Of a stretch of DNA of 64,000 nt, positions 17,047-26,931 are shown in pieces. This stretch comes from an uncultured bacterium (GTDB taxonomy: Bacteria > Poribacteria > WGA-4E > WGA-3G), in assembly GCA_964523645.1 (NCBI GenBank), contig CAZGAW010000001.1:3305-67304 (forward strand), written 5' to 3'. The notes beneath the pieces were generated by a model, which ran no database searches, was not told the DNA's origin, and was given only the letters and a program-made list of their open reading frames with translations. The position numbers and the translations under genes were made by a program. How positions within the stretch are numbered: position 1 is the stretch's first letter; each line of letters opens with the position of its first letter.

Positions 17047-17244
17047 TGCTTAGGAGGGAACTCCGATTCCCGACAATATGGGTTATCGGAAACCCTCGAA
17101 AACCCCCAGTAAAGACGCAAGCCTTACAAAGAACTTTCTTCTCTTACCGACTACCGAGAGTGGAGCGTTAGCGGAACGCCCTGACTGCCGATTGCCAGTC
17201 CCTGTAGCAGGGAACTCCGATGCCCGACTCCCTCCTACAGAAAG
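17047..17244. repeat. Cluster of REP-like units sharing GGGAACTCCGAT(T/G)CCCGAC and TCCCTCCTACAGAA
   Basis: ttaGGAGGGAACTCCGATTCCCGAC sits at about 17049-17073, and ctGTAGCAGGGAACTCCGATGCCCGACTCCCTCCTACAGAAag at about 17200-17244. Related copies lie at 48026-48052 and 48283-48315. Confidence 0.45.
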
Positions 17245-17357
17245 ACTGAACCCCCCTAATTTATAATCTGATTTCCTTGAATTGTTTCGTAGAATTGTGT
17301 TATACTACCTATGAAGCCTTATAAGGGCAACAGGTTTGTAGGAAGGAGAAATACAGA

Positions 17358-18038
17358 ATGACCCTTGATTTTCAGAATGTGCTGGATCTGTCTTACGTGG
17401 TCGATGAAGATAGCCCCCGCGAGCTGCCGATTGATCCCGCCAAAATTTATGACCAAGCGACGTTGGAAAAAGATGGCTACTTTGAAAGCCGCGTTGACAT
17501 GTCCGGACACTACTCTACGCACATGGATGCCCCGTGTCTAATGTACCCCGGGGGCGCAACTATCGCAGAGATTCCAAAGGAAAAACTGACCGGCAACGCC
17601 GTGCTGATGGATTTTTCCGCGATTAAGAAACCGAAAGATGCCGTGACTGCTGAAGACGTTAAGACATGGATCACCGAAAACGGTGAGATTCCAGAAGGCA
17701 GTATTGTCTTTATGCGGACAGGGATGGACAGATTCGTCTATCAAGACAACTTTAACCGTGAATGGATCGGCTTTAGTGAGGATGCCGCTGAACTCCTCGT
17801 CGAAAAAGGCATAAAGGTCATTGGGACGGATGCATGTAGCATTGACTCGGTGGCAGGACATCCACCTTTACATGACGGGTTACCCCCTGCACATCTCGTT
17901 TTCCTTGGAGCCGGGATCCCACATGTTGAAGATTTGTGCAATTTAAGCCAATTGCCAACCCATTTCTATGTGGTAATTGCACCACTAAAACTGGCACACA
18001 GTTCTGGTGCACCGACACGCGTCTTCGCTTTTGTATAG
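17358..18038 (+). CDS. Cyclase-family protein (kynurenine formamidase-like, PF04199-type)
   Basis: STHMDAP (HxDxP metal motif), GTDACSID and the overall size. An extended -10 TGTGTTATACT lies about 55 nt upstream. Confidence 0.75.
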   Translation: MTLDFQNVLDLSYVVDEDSPRELPIDPAKIYDQATLEKDGYFESRVDMSGHYSTHMDAPCLMYPGGATIAEIPKEKLTGNAVLMDFSAIKKPKDAVTAEDVKTWITENGEIPEGSIVFMRTGMDRFVYQDNFNREWIGFSEDAAELLVEKGIKVIGTDACSIDSVAGHPPLHDGLPPAHLVFLGAGIPHVEDLCNLSQLPTHFYVVIAPLKLAHSSGAPTRVFAFV

Positions 18039-18097
18039 TCATCCATATCCCCTTCCAACGTGATTGTAGCGCGGTATCCCCGTCCGACAACAGAAAA

Positions 18098-19537
18098 ATG
18101 ATAACCAACATTCCTGAACCGATCTTAGATATGTTACATGAAATTGGTGAGGTAGGTGGAAACGGGACCTATCTTGTCGGTGGATTTGTCCGAGACCTCC
18201 TGCTCAAACGACCCAGTCTCGACATTGACGTTGTTGTAGAAGGAGACGCAATTCGAGTTGCAAACGCGATGTGTGAACGGTGGAACGCAACCTTGGAGGT
18301 CCATCCGCAGTTTGGCACAGCAACTGTCACGCCCACCGACATTAACCGCCCCAAAGTGGACTTCGTTACGGCGCGGCGTGAAACTTACCAAAGTGCTGGC
18401 ACGTTACCTACAGTAGCACGGGGTACAATTACAGACGACCTACAAAGACGGGATTTTTCAATTAACGCCTTGGCAATACGCTTAGATATAAGGGGTTTCG
18501 GCAGCATCGTTGATAAAACCGGTGGGTTGGCAGACCTTAAAAAAGGGATCGTTCGAGTCCTTCACAAACAGAGTTACAATGATGATCCGACGCGTATTTT
18601 TCGCGCTTTTCGGTATGCGGAACGCTACGGTTTTTGTATGCCTGAAACCGATACAGTCCTGATGCAGGAAGCACTCCCGGTATTAGCACAACTTAGCGGA
18701 GAACGGATACGCAATGAAATTGACAGAGTACTCCTTGAGAAAAGCGCGCCAGAGATCATAGCGCATCTTACACAACTCGACGTATGGAACACTATCTCTG
18801 AAGGGTGGAATACATCGGATACGTTCGCGTCTGATTTTAACAAAGCAGAACAGGCAATAACTTGGGCATCAGTACATCTTACGGATGAAGAATTCCAGCC
18901 AGAATTGGTGCGATGGATGGCATTTTTTGGAGCCGACACACCGATATACCAAATTGAAGCACTCAGCTTCAGATTGGTATTAGAACATCAACTGCAACGG
19001 CTGATCAGTCGTGCCCAAGCACGAAAGCAGAAGGTTTCACTTGAAAAGGTGACACAGGATGCCTTTTCAAAACTCGGTGTTCCCCTGTCGGATAGCGTAT
19101 CAGTGAACCAACAGAGTGGAAAATGGTGTGTCATTGATGCAAAGCATAGGGTAACCTACGTATGTGGAGATGGGAATCTTTACCGAATACAAACACCGCT
19201 CACTGGTTACAAAGCGTTGGAACAAACACTTGCTATGGTAAAAGAGACAACGAAACCGAGCGAGATTTATCAATTACTAAAACCTTATCCGCCTGAGGCA
19301 TTAGCACTCGGCTCTGTAGATACAACACTGCCGAAATGGAAGCAAAAAAAGATAACAGATTACCTTTTGGTCTTGCGAAAGATAAAACCTTTTATCACAG
19401 GAAACGACCTAATAGCGTTCGGCGAAAAACCGAGCAAGGTTTTTGAAACGAAACTTTGGAAATTGTTTGCCGCACAATTGGACGGAGAAATTACGAAAAA
19501 AGAGGAGGCGTATTCCCGGTTGCGGACCTTTGCATAG
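18098..19537 (+). CDS. CCA-adding enzyme/poly(A) polymerase-family nucleotidyltransferase with a long C-terminal extension
   Basis: YLVGGFVRDLLLKRPSLDIDVVVEGDA and RRDFSINALA are class-II nucleotidyltransferase head motifs. I chose the start MITNIPEP (aa 55 of the track ORF) because the upstream part overlaps the cyclase gene. Confidence 0.8.
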   Translation: MITNIPEPILDMLHEIGEVGGNGTYLVGGFVRDLLLKRPSLDIDVVVEGDAIRVANAMCERWNATLEVHPQFGTATVTPTDINRPKVDFVTARRETYQSAGTLPTVARGTITDDLQRRDFSINALAIRLDIRGFGSIVDKTGGLADLKKGIVRVLHKQSYNDDPTRIFRAFRYAERYGFCMPETDTVLMQEALPVLAQLSGERIRNEIDRVLLEKSAPEIIAHLTQLDVWNTISEGWNTSDTFASDFNKAEQAITWASVHLTDEEFQPELVRWMAFFGADTPIYQIEALSFRLVLEHQLQRLISRAQARKQKVSLEKVTQDAFSKLGVPLSDSVSVNQQSGKWCVIDAKHRVTYVCGDGNLYRIQTPLTGYKALEQTLAMVKETTKPSEIYQLLKPYPPEALALGSVDTTLPKWKQKKITDYLLVLRKIKPFITGNDLIAFGEKPSKVFETKLWKLFAAQLDGEITKKEEAYSRLRTFA

Positions 19538-19571
19538 CAAGATTCGGCTTGCAAGCGGTGCCAAATAAATA

Positions 19572-20255
19572 ATGCCTAATTTCGATCCTTACGAAGCAAT
19601 TCTTGTCGTTACACAGTTCATCATTCTGTTAACTTTTCATGAATGGGGACACGCTAAATCAGCGGATATGTTAGGGGACCCAACGTCGCGCGATTTGGGA
19701 CGTATGACGTTGAATCCGGGTGTACATATTGACATCATTGGCACCCTGATACTTCCACTGTTGGGGACGCTTTTCGGGGGTGGTTTCTTTGGTTGGGCAA
19801 AACCCGTGCCAGTTAACCCTTACAACCTGAAAAATCCGAGAAGGGACCTAATGCTTATCGCTGCTGCGGGTCCATTTATGAATATCCTTCTCACTTTCGT
19901 GATCTTGGGAGCCGTCAAGCTCTTATTAGAATTTTTTAACTTCAATCCGGCTGCATCTCCGCTTCATGCCGAGATTAACAAGCAATTGATCCGTATGGCA
20001 TTGATTAGCGTCTTTCTCGCGGCGTTTAACATGCTCCCGCTTTTTCCATTAGACGGTTTCAGTGTTGTGAGAGGACTGCTCCCCGCACGTGCAGCGTATC
20101 AATTCGAGAAACTGAGCCCGTACGGAATGCCGATTCTGATGTGCCTTATCTTTCTACCGGGTATCTTCGGTATACCCAACTATGTGTTCGGATTCTTGAG
20201 CAATATTAGCTTTGAAACCCTAAATCTAATCGCGAAAATCGTGGGTATACGATAG
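19572..20255 (+). CDS. Site-2 protease-family (peptidase M50) membrane metalloprotease
   Basis: The HEWGH (HExxH) motif sits in a TM helix, with a downstream NMLPLFPLDG (LDG) motif and multiple TM segments. Confidence 0.8.
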   Translation: MPNFDPYEAILVVTQFIILLTFHEWGHAKSADMLGDPTSRDLGRMTLNPGVHIDIIGTLILPLLGTLFGGGFFGWAKPVPVNPYNLKNPRRDLMLIAAAGPFMNILLTFVILGAVKLLLEFFNFNPAASPLHAEINKQLIRMALISVFLAAFNMLPLFPLDGFSVVRGLLPARAAYQFEKLSPYGMPILMCLIFLPGIFGIPNYVFGFLSNISFETLNLIAKIVGIR

Positions 20256-20272
20256 ATAAAGAAAACTAAGAA

Positions 20273-21103
20273 ATGCTAACTGAAACAATGCCAACGCATA
20301 CCTCTACAGACGCAATATATTCCGTGAAATTAGAAGGTTTCGAGGGACCGCTCGACCTGCTCCTTCATCTGATTCAGAAAGAGGAGATGGATATTTACGA
20401 TATCCAGATTGCACAAATCACGGATCGGTACCTGGAATATGTCAATCTAATGGAGCAATTAGATTTAGATGTAGCCTCCGAATTTCTGGTAATGGCAGCA
20501 ACGCTTCTTCATATTAAATCGCAAAGTATCCTCCCTCAACTCACGCCAGATGCTGAATACACCATCGGCGATCAAGAGCAACTCGTTAAACAACTTCTGG
20601 AGTACAAACAGTTCAAAGAAGCTGCTCAGGTTTTGGATGTTTATGCAGAACAACAAACATTAATCTATAGCAGAAATCCTAAAATACACGAAGATTTAGA
20701 GGGTGCGCGTGCCTTTGAAATCAGAGCGACACTGTTCGACCTCCTCACCGCTTTTAAGCATTTGAATGATCGCGTCGAGGAAATAGAGCCCGAAGACGCA
20801 TACGAAACGGTTGAGGAGGAGACAATAACGGTTGAAGACAAAATCGCTTTTATTGACAGCCGGTTGGAAAGTGAAAATCAATTGCTATTCGATGACCTGT
20901 TTCCCTTATCTTCGACCAAAACAGATCGGATTGTAACATTCCTTGCCATTTTAGAACTCATTCGGATAGGAACAATCGTCACTGTACAAACCGACCATTT
21001 TGAGAGTATCTATATCGTTAAACAGGAGGACGAGCAGTCTGATCGAGAGATGCCGCCACCTCCGATCGTTGAAAATACTCGTTCGGAAGAACGAAACCCG
21101 TAG
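20273..21103 (+). CDS. scpA: Segregation and condensation protein A
   Basis: [32 protein letters not shown]-type kleisin N-terminus and winged-helix C-terminus, directly followed by scpB. Confidence 0.85.
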   Translation: [276 protein letters not shown]

Positions 21104-21114
21104 GAACTTTGTTT

Positions 21115-21750
21115 ATGGATTCTGAATATGTTACCGCTGTCGATCCGACAGAGGAACCCGACCCGATATCAACGCAAAAACCTAAATTAATTTTGGAATC
21201 GATTCTGTTTGCCGCGAGCGAACCGATTTCGGTGGAACAGTTTCAAGCCGTGCTGCCGGGATTAGACAAGCGGGCGATCCGAACGGAACTCGACGAACTC
21301 CGTCAAGATTATCAAGAAATGAGACGTAGTTTCCACCTTGTCGAAATAGCAAACGGTTATCAAATTTGCACACATCCACAATATTCAGCGTGGATTCAGC
21401 AGTTTTATACGCGGCAGGTTCGCGTCAAATTGTCGCCGTCAGCGTTAGAGACACTCGCAATCGTGGCTTACAAGCAACCTGTTACGCGTACCGATGTCGC
21501 TGCGCTCCGCGGTGTGAACAGCGACAGCGTACTCAATTCGCTCTTAGAAAAAGGGCTTGTCTGCATCGCCGGTAGAAAAGATGGACGCTCCCTGCTCTTC
21601 TCAACCACAGATGAGTTTCTTCAACAATTCGGATTGAAAAACGCTGCCGAGTTGCCTTCACTTGAAGAAATTAATGAACTCCTTAACACATCAAACGGAA
21701 ACGAGTCCGACCCGAGTGCCCTTCCAATCGCTATGGAGGAAAACGCATAG
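21115..21750 (+). CDS. scpB: Segregation and condensation protein B
   Basis: [16 protein letters not shown]...[34 protein letters not shown] is the canonical ScpB double winged-helix pattern. The ATG is taken at the MDSEYV position. Confidence 0.85.
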   Translation: MDSEYVTAVDPTEEPDPISTQKPKLILESILFAASEPISVEQFQAVLPGLDKRAIRTELDELRQDYQEMRRSFHLVEIANGYQICTHPQYSAWIQQFYTRQVRVKLSPSALETLAIVAYKQPVTRTDVAALRGVNSDSVLNSLLEKGLVCIAGRKDGRSLLFSTTDEFLQQFGLKNAAELPSLEEINELLNTSNGNESDPSALPIAMEENA

Positions 21751-21752
21751 CA

Positions 21753-23081
21753 ATGAATTACGACGCATGGTTCCAGTGTAGCGAAGGATGTGACGAAACC
21801 TATCCGCTTACAGAAGTTATCTATCGCTGCAAAAATTGCGGTGGATTGTTAGAGGTCCAGCACAATATGGATGTCCTGAAACAGCGCAGTGCATCTGAGT
21901 GGAAATCCCTCTTTGAACATCGATACATGAGCACGCAATACCCGTATGGTAGCGGTGTCTGGGGGAAAAAGGAAGTCGTTTGCCCGAATATTGACGATGG
22001 TAACATTATCTCTATGTATGAGGGTGGCACCAATCTGTTCTGGGCAGAACGTTTTGGCAACCAACTCGGCTTAAGTGACCTATGGATTAAGCAGTGTGGC
22101 AACAGCCATACTGGCTCTTTTAAAGATCTGGGGATGACGGTTCTCGTCTCCATGGTCAAACAGATTATGGCTGAGTCGGGAGACCTTCGCGCCGTTATGT
22201 GTGCTTCAACAGGTGACACTTCCGCCGCTTTAGCGGCGTATGCTTCTGCAGCAGGTATCCCGGCGGTTATCCTCTTACCAAAAGCAAAAGTTACGCGTGA
22301 GCAGCTCATCCAACCTATCGCCAACGGCGCATTGACGCTTTCGCTTGAGACAGATTTCGATGGGTGCATGGAAATCGTTCAAAAACTCTCTGATCGGAAA
22401 GATTTCTATCTTGCCAACTCCATTAATTCTCTCCGCATTGAAGGACAGAAAACGATCAGTATTGAGATCGTCCAGCAGTTCGATTGGGAAGTCCCAGATT
22501 GGATAATTATTCCGGGGGGTAACCTCGGTAATGTTTCAGCCCTCGGACTCGGCTTCCTAATGATGCTGGAACTCGGTATGATTGATAAACTACCGCGCAT
22601 CGCCTGCGCCCAAGCCGAACGTGCGAATCCGCTCTACCGAAGCTACCAAACAGGATTCACAGAGTTCAGCGCCATTACAGCACAACCCACACAAGCCACA
22701 GCGATTCAGATCGGCAACCCTGTTTCAATCCACCGGGCTATCAGAACCTTACGACGATTTGACGGCATTGTCGATCAAGCTACGGAAGTAGAACTGGCGA
22801 ATGCTGCGGCAAGAGCCGATAGGACAGGATTGTTCAATTGTCCACATACCGGGGTGGCGTTAGCTGTGTTGATAAAAATGGTGGAGCGAAAACAGATCCT
22901 TCCCACGGACCGAGTCATTGTTATTTCTACAGCAAACGGTCTTAAATTCCCAGATTTCAAAGTGGCATATCACGATGTCACCCCGGGTGAACCACCACCT
23001 CGCTATCTAAATGTCCCACTCGAATTGGAAGCCGACTATGAAACGGTTTTGAAACAGATTTCCACGCGTCTCGATACCTAA
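21753..23081 (+). CDS. thrC: Threonine synthase (with N-terminal zinc ribbon)
   Basis: CxxC...CxxC N-terminus, the PLP-lysine motif HTGSFKDLG, and a GNLGN loop. Length 442 aa. Confidence 0.9.
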   Translation: MNYDAWFQCSEGCDETYPLTEVIYRCKNCGGLLEVQHNMDVLKQRSASEWKSLFEHRYMSTQYPYGSGVWGKKEVVCPNIDDGNIISMYEGGTNLFWAERFGNQLGLSDLWIKQCGNSHTGSFKDLGMTVLVSMVKQIMAESGDLRAVMCASTGDTSAALAAYASAAGIPAVILLPKAKVTREQLIQPIANGALTLSLETDFDGCMEIVQKLSDRKDFYLANSINSLRIEGQKTISIEIVQQFDWEVPDWIIIPGGNLGNVSALGLGFLMMLELGMIDKLPRIACAQAERANPLYRSYQTGFTEFSAITAQPTQATAIQIGNPVSIHRAIRTLRRFDGIVDQATEVELANAAARADRTGLFNCPHTGVALAVLIKMVERKQILPTDRVIVISTANGLKFPDFKVAYHDVTPGEPPPRYLNVPLELEADYETVLKQISTRLDT

Positions 23082-23157
23082 TCCGCTCTTACATCGGCTC
23101 CCCAACATAAGTTGTAAACTATAAGCATGCTCCATTAAGAGTGATGATTCCATGTAT

Positions 23158-23252
23158 TATAGTAAAGCCCACAATTAAGTTCACACCTCTAATGTGGCGA
23201 GGTAGAATTGTGTGTTTCCTAAAGTGTTCACATGTTTTCGGGCTTTACTATA
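23158..23252. repeat. 95-nt hairpin with perfect 13-bp terminal inverted repeats
   Basis: TATAGTAAAGCCC ... GGGCTTTACTATA, with inner pairing CACAATT/AATTGTG. It lies in the thrC-xylA spacer. Confidence 0.4.
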
Positions 23253-23330
23253 ACACATGCTGGGTCTAACAGTATACCTCCTCTACGGATGTAAGAACAA
23301 GGGCAGGAATGTTAAGAATTTGCAGTAAAT

Positions 23331-23349
23331 ATACCAAATATGGTATAAT
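23331..23349 (+). promoter_or_regulatory. Putative xylA promoter (extended -10 TGgTATAAT) overlapped by a 16-bp palindromic operator, ATACCAAATATGGTAT
   Basis: The palindrome and the -10 box were read directly, 55-70 nt upstream of the xylA ATG. The RBS TAGGAG is at about 23391. Confidence 0.4.
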
Positions 23350-23403
23350 TTAGATATTGGCTCATAAACATCGCCAAAATTAACAAATAATAGGAGTAAG
23401 TGA

Positions 23404-24573
23404 ATGTCAGAACTGTATCAGCCTAAACCTGAACATAAGTTTACCTTTGGATTGTGGACTGTCGGTAATCCCGGACGTGATCCATTTGGTGATGTTGTCA
23501 GGCCCCCCTTGAAACCCACATACACTGTCGAAAAATTAAGCGAACTCGGCGCATACGGTGTCAATTTACACGATAATGACCTCGTTCCCTTTGATGCATC
23601 AGCCGTTGAACGCGATAACATCGTTAGCGAATTCAAGAAGGCACTCGCCGATCACGGTATGAAAGTGCCGATGGCAACAACGAATCTCTTCTACCACCCA
23701 ATCTTTAAAGATGGCGCGTTTACCGCGAACGATCCGAAGGTCCGAGCGTTTGCAATCCAGAAAACTTTGAACGCAATTGACCTTGGTGTCGAATTAGGTG
23801 CGACTATTTATGTCTTTTGGGGTGGGCGTGAAGGCTCAGAAGTGGATGCCTCTAAAAACGGACCGGATACCGTCAAGTGGAACCGCGAGGCGATGAACTA
23901 CTTCACGCACTATGTCAAAGACCAAGGGTACGACCTCCGCTTCGCGCTAGAGGCGAAACCGAATGAACCTCGCGGCGACCTCTACTTACCTACGACAGGA
24001 CACATGCTCCACTTTATTGAAACACTTGACCACCCCGAGATGGTCGGTGTTAACCCCGAATTTGCGCATGAAACGATGGCAGGTTTGAGCTTCATCCACG
24101 GGGTCGCACAAGCACATGAAGCCGGCAAACTCTTCCACATTGACCTCAATGACCAGAAGATGAGTCGTTTCGACCAAGACTTGCGTTTCGGGTCTGAAAG
24201 CATCAAAAGCGCGTTCTTCCTTGTCAAGTTCCTTGAAGATGTAAATTGGGACGGCAACCGTCATTTTGACGCGCACGCCTATCGTACTGAAGACGAACAA
24301 GGGGTCTGGGACTTTGCTGCAGGATGCATGCGGAGTTATCTGATCCTCAAAGAGAAAGCACGCCGTTTCAACGAAGACGCGGAAATCCAGGGAATCCTCG
24401 CTGAAATCCAAGCACGCGACCCTGAACTCGAAGCACTCATGGCAAATTACAACGCCGAAAGCGTTGGAAGACTGAGAAAGATAGATTTTGAACCCGATAC
24501 CCTCGCACAAAAAGGACTCGGATACGAGAAATTGGATCAACTTACATTTGAGGTTTTAATGGGCATCAGGTAA
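23404..24573 (+). CDS. xylA: Xylose isomerase (class I, short type)
   Basis: The N-terminus [17 protein letters not shown] and the motifs FHDND-like (LHDNDL), [10 protein letters not shown] and NPEFAHE are signatures of the short, actinobacterial-type XylA. Confidence 0.9.
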   Translation: MSELYQPKPEHKFTFGLWTVGNPGRDPFGDVVRPPLKPTYTVEKLSELGAYGVNLHDNDLVPFDASAVERDNIVSEFKKALADHGMKVPMATTNLFYHPIFKDGAFTANDPKVRAFAIQKTLNAIDLGVELGATIYVFWGGREGSEVDASKNGPDTVKWNREAMNYFTHYVKDQGYDLRFALEAKPNEPRGDLYLPTTGHMLHFIETLDHPEMVGVNPEFAHETMAGLSFIHGVAQAHEAGKLFHIDLNDQKMSRFDQDLRFGSESIKSAFFLVKFLEDVNWDGNRHFDAHAYRTEDEQGVWDFAAGCMRSYLILKEKARRFNEDAEIQGILAEIQARDPELEALMANYNAESVGRLRKIDFEPDTLAQKGLGYEKLDQLTFEVLMGIR

Positions 24574-24618
24574 GTCAATTTTTTCCTCCATATTATTTTA
24601 CAAGTTGGAGCTTCGTTT

Positions 24619-26523
24619 ATGAATACGCTGATTATCGCGGTTTTAAGCTTTGTCGGTTTCATCGTTGCCTATCACACATACGGTAAATGGTTAGCGAGAA
24701 AGATTTTCGGATTAGATGCCGAAGCCACGGTACCGAGTCAAGAGCTGCGGGATGATGTCGATTACGTTCCAACGAAAAAAGAGGTTATTTTTGGACACCA
24801 TTTCACGAGCATCGCTGGTACAGGTCCCATCGTTGGTCCCGCAATTGCAGTCTTTTGGGGATGGCTGCCGGCGTTGCTATGGGTTGTCCTCGGCTCGGTT
24901 TTCATCGGGGCTGTCCATGACTTTGGGGCACTTGTTGTATCCCTCCGCAATCGCGGGCAAAGCGTCGGTGAAGTTGCGGGCAGAATGATCGGTCCGCGCG
25001 CCAAATTTCTTTTTCTTTTCGTCCTCTTTATGGGATTGACCATCGTTCTTGCCATCTTCGGCTTGGTCATCGCTCTGATTTTCTCCTATTATCCTGAATC
25101 CGTCCTATCTGTTTGGGTGGAAATACCACTCGCTGTCGCCATTGGTATCTGGATTTATCGCAGGGGTGGCAATATTCTTATCCCTTCCATTGTCGCGCTT
25201 GGTATCATGTACATTGGAATGGCAGTGGGTGCGTACCTGCTACCGATTGATCTCGGACAATGGTTCGGTATCCCACTGCTCGGCCAAACTTATCTGAATG
25301 TCGTAGTGATCTGGACACTGGTGCTTTTCGTCTACTGCTTTATCGCCTCAGTACTTCCTGTCTGGACGCTCCTACAACCCCGAGATTTCATCAACAGCCA
25401 CGAATTGGTATTGGCACTGCTCCTACTGGTGCTTGGACTTGCCGTTGCAGGCTTGACAGGCAGAGCGGATCTGACAGCCTCCGCGCCTGCTGTCGCCTCC
25501 GACATTCCGCCCGATGCGCCACCGATTTGGCCCTTCCTGTTTATCACGATTGCGTGTGGTGCCGTTAGCGGTTTCCACTGCATGGTGAGTTCTGGGACTT
25601 CCAGCAAACAGGTTGAATCCGAGAGCGACGCGCAATACGTAGGATACGGTGCAATGCTCCTTGAGGGTGGACTTGCGGTGATTGTCATTCTTGCTTGCTG
25701 TGCTGGTATCGGTATGGGGATTTTTAACAGAACGGGTACCGGTGCAACCTATAGATTTGAACCCATCGTCAAGGCGGAGAGTGCTACGCCTGTTACCAAT
25801 CAAGACGCCTGGAAAACCCGCTATGCAACAAGCACGACGGTAACAAATCCTGATGGCACGACACGTGTGGTTGGCGGTTGGGCAAGCCACAATCTCAAAG
25901 CGAAGGTGAGTGCGTTTGTCGATGGCGGTGGAAATTTCCTTGCGTCCCTCGGTATTCCACTTAAGATGGGCATTGCGATTATGGCGGTACTCGTTGCGAG
26001 TTTCGCTGCAACAACGTTAGATACAGCGACGCGACTTCAACGCTATGTTATCTTTGAACTGGCGCAAACGGTTAACATCAAGCCTTTGACGAACCGTTAC
26101 ATCGCGACAGCGTTTGCGTTAGTGCTCGCTGCTGCGGTTGCGCTGCTACAGGGACCCAGTGGTCCCGGCAGTGGCGGTTTGACGCTCTGGCCCCTATTCG
26201 GAGCAACGAATCAGCTTTTAGCCGGATTAGCCTTTATGGTCATCGTCTTCTATCTCCTCCGTCGTAACAAACCGATCTGGTTCGCTGTCCTTCCGATGAT
26301 CGTCATGCTCATCATGCCTGCGTGGGCAATGCTACACCAGATGTTCAACCTTGAGACGGGGTGGCTGTTCACAGGTAAATATTTGCTCTTCGGGTTCGGT
26401 GTCGTTGTCGAGGCACTACAGATTTGGATGATCGCCGAAGGTGTTATCGCATGGCGAAACGCCCGTGGAAATTACCCAGAACTTCCCCCGTTAGCAACCG
26501 CTGCCACCGAAGGTAAAGCGTAA
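24619..26523 (+). CDS. cstA: Carbon starvation protein A (peptide/pyruvate transporter family)
   Basis: VFGHHFTSIAGTGPIVGP, ACGAVSGFH and FGATNQLLA motifs. About 16 TM segments; 634 aa. Confidence 0.9.
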   Translation: MNTLIIAVLSFVGFIVAYHTYGKWLARKIFGLDAEATVPSQELRDDVDYVPTKKEVIFGHHFTSIAGTGPIVGPAIAVFWGWLPALLWVVLGSVFIGAVHDFGALVVSLRNRGQSVGEVAGRMIGPRAKFLFLFVLFMGLTIVLAIFGLVIALIFSYYPESVLSVWVEIPLAVAIGIWIYRRGGNILIPSIVALGIMYIGMAVGAYLLPIDLGQWFGIPLLGQTYLNVVVIWTLVLFVYCFIASVLPVWTLLQPRDFINSHELVLALLLLVLGLAVAGLTGRADLTASAPAVASDIPPDAPPIWPFLFITIACGAVSGFHCMVSSGTSSKQVESESDAQYVGYGAMLLEGGLAVIVILACCAGIGMGIFNRTGTGATYRFEPIVKAESATPVTNQDAWKTRYATSTTVTNPDGTTRVVGGWASHNLKAKVSAFVDGGGNFLASLGIPLKMGIAIMAVLVASFAATTLDTATRLQRYVIFELAQTVNIKPLTNRYIATAFALVLAAAVALLQGPSGPGSGGLTLWPLFGATNQLLAGLAFMVIVFYLLRRNKPIWFAVLPMIVMLIMPAWAMLHQMFNLETGWLFTGKYLLFGFGVVVEALQIWMIAEGVIAWRNARGNYPELPPLATAATEGKA

Positions 26524-26577
26524 AATACTGAAAACTCAACGCAGGATTAAACCGTTAAATCGTAGGAAAATGTAACG

Positions 26578-26931
26578 ATGAAAAATACAAACAGACAACA
26601 TAGATTAGAACAACTTCGACACCGTGAATCAGAAGGAACATTGACAGAAAAAGAACAACTAGAACTTTTAGCCATCTTCGCTGAATTAGACGCTGAAGAA
26701 GCGGAAGCATTGAAACCAGCGAAAGAAAAAAGTCAAAAATTGCAGGAAGAGAAAGCAGAACTTGAGAAAACTGCTTCGCAATTGCAAGATATTGTTACCG
26801 AGCACAAGCAGCTGCTAACTGATGCTCGTGTATATCTGACGCAACTTCAATCAAAACGCGCACGACTCGCTAATAAGTATTACCGCCTCACTGGTCAAAA
26901 TCTCTCAAAAGGATACATTGAAACAAAGTGA
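26578..26931 (+). CDS. Hypothetical coiled-coil protein
   Basis: 117 aa, highly charged with heptad-like composition (EKEQLELLAIFAELDAEEAEALKPAKEKSQKLQEEKAELEK). It overlaps the next ORF by 14 nt. Confidence 0.5.
   Translation: MKNTNRQHRLEQLRHRESEGTLTEKEQLELLAIFAELDAEEAEALKPAKEKSQKLQEEKAELEKTASQLQDIVTEHKQLLTDARVYLTQLQSKRARLANKYYRLTGQNLSKGYIETK

Noticed and set aside
17936-18097. Upstream 54 codons of the track ORF for the CCA-adding enzyme
   Set aside because: This part overlaps the cyclase gene end and is Cys/Thr-rich nonsense. The conserved nucleotidyltransferase N-terminus begins right after Met55.
23986-24540. 184-aa antisense ORF inside xylA. Similar long antisense ORFs occur at 1709-2191, 21821-22369, 25423-25890, 30432-30935, 45133-45561 and 61184-61654.
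   Set aside because: Each lies fully inside a strongly supported gene on the other strand and has no recognisable motifs. These are typical shadow ORFs.
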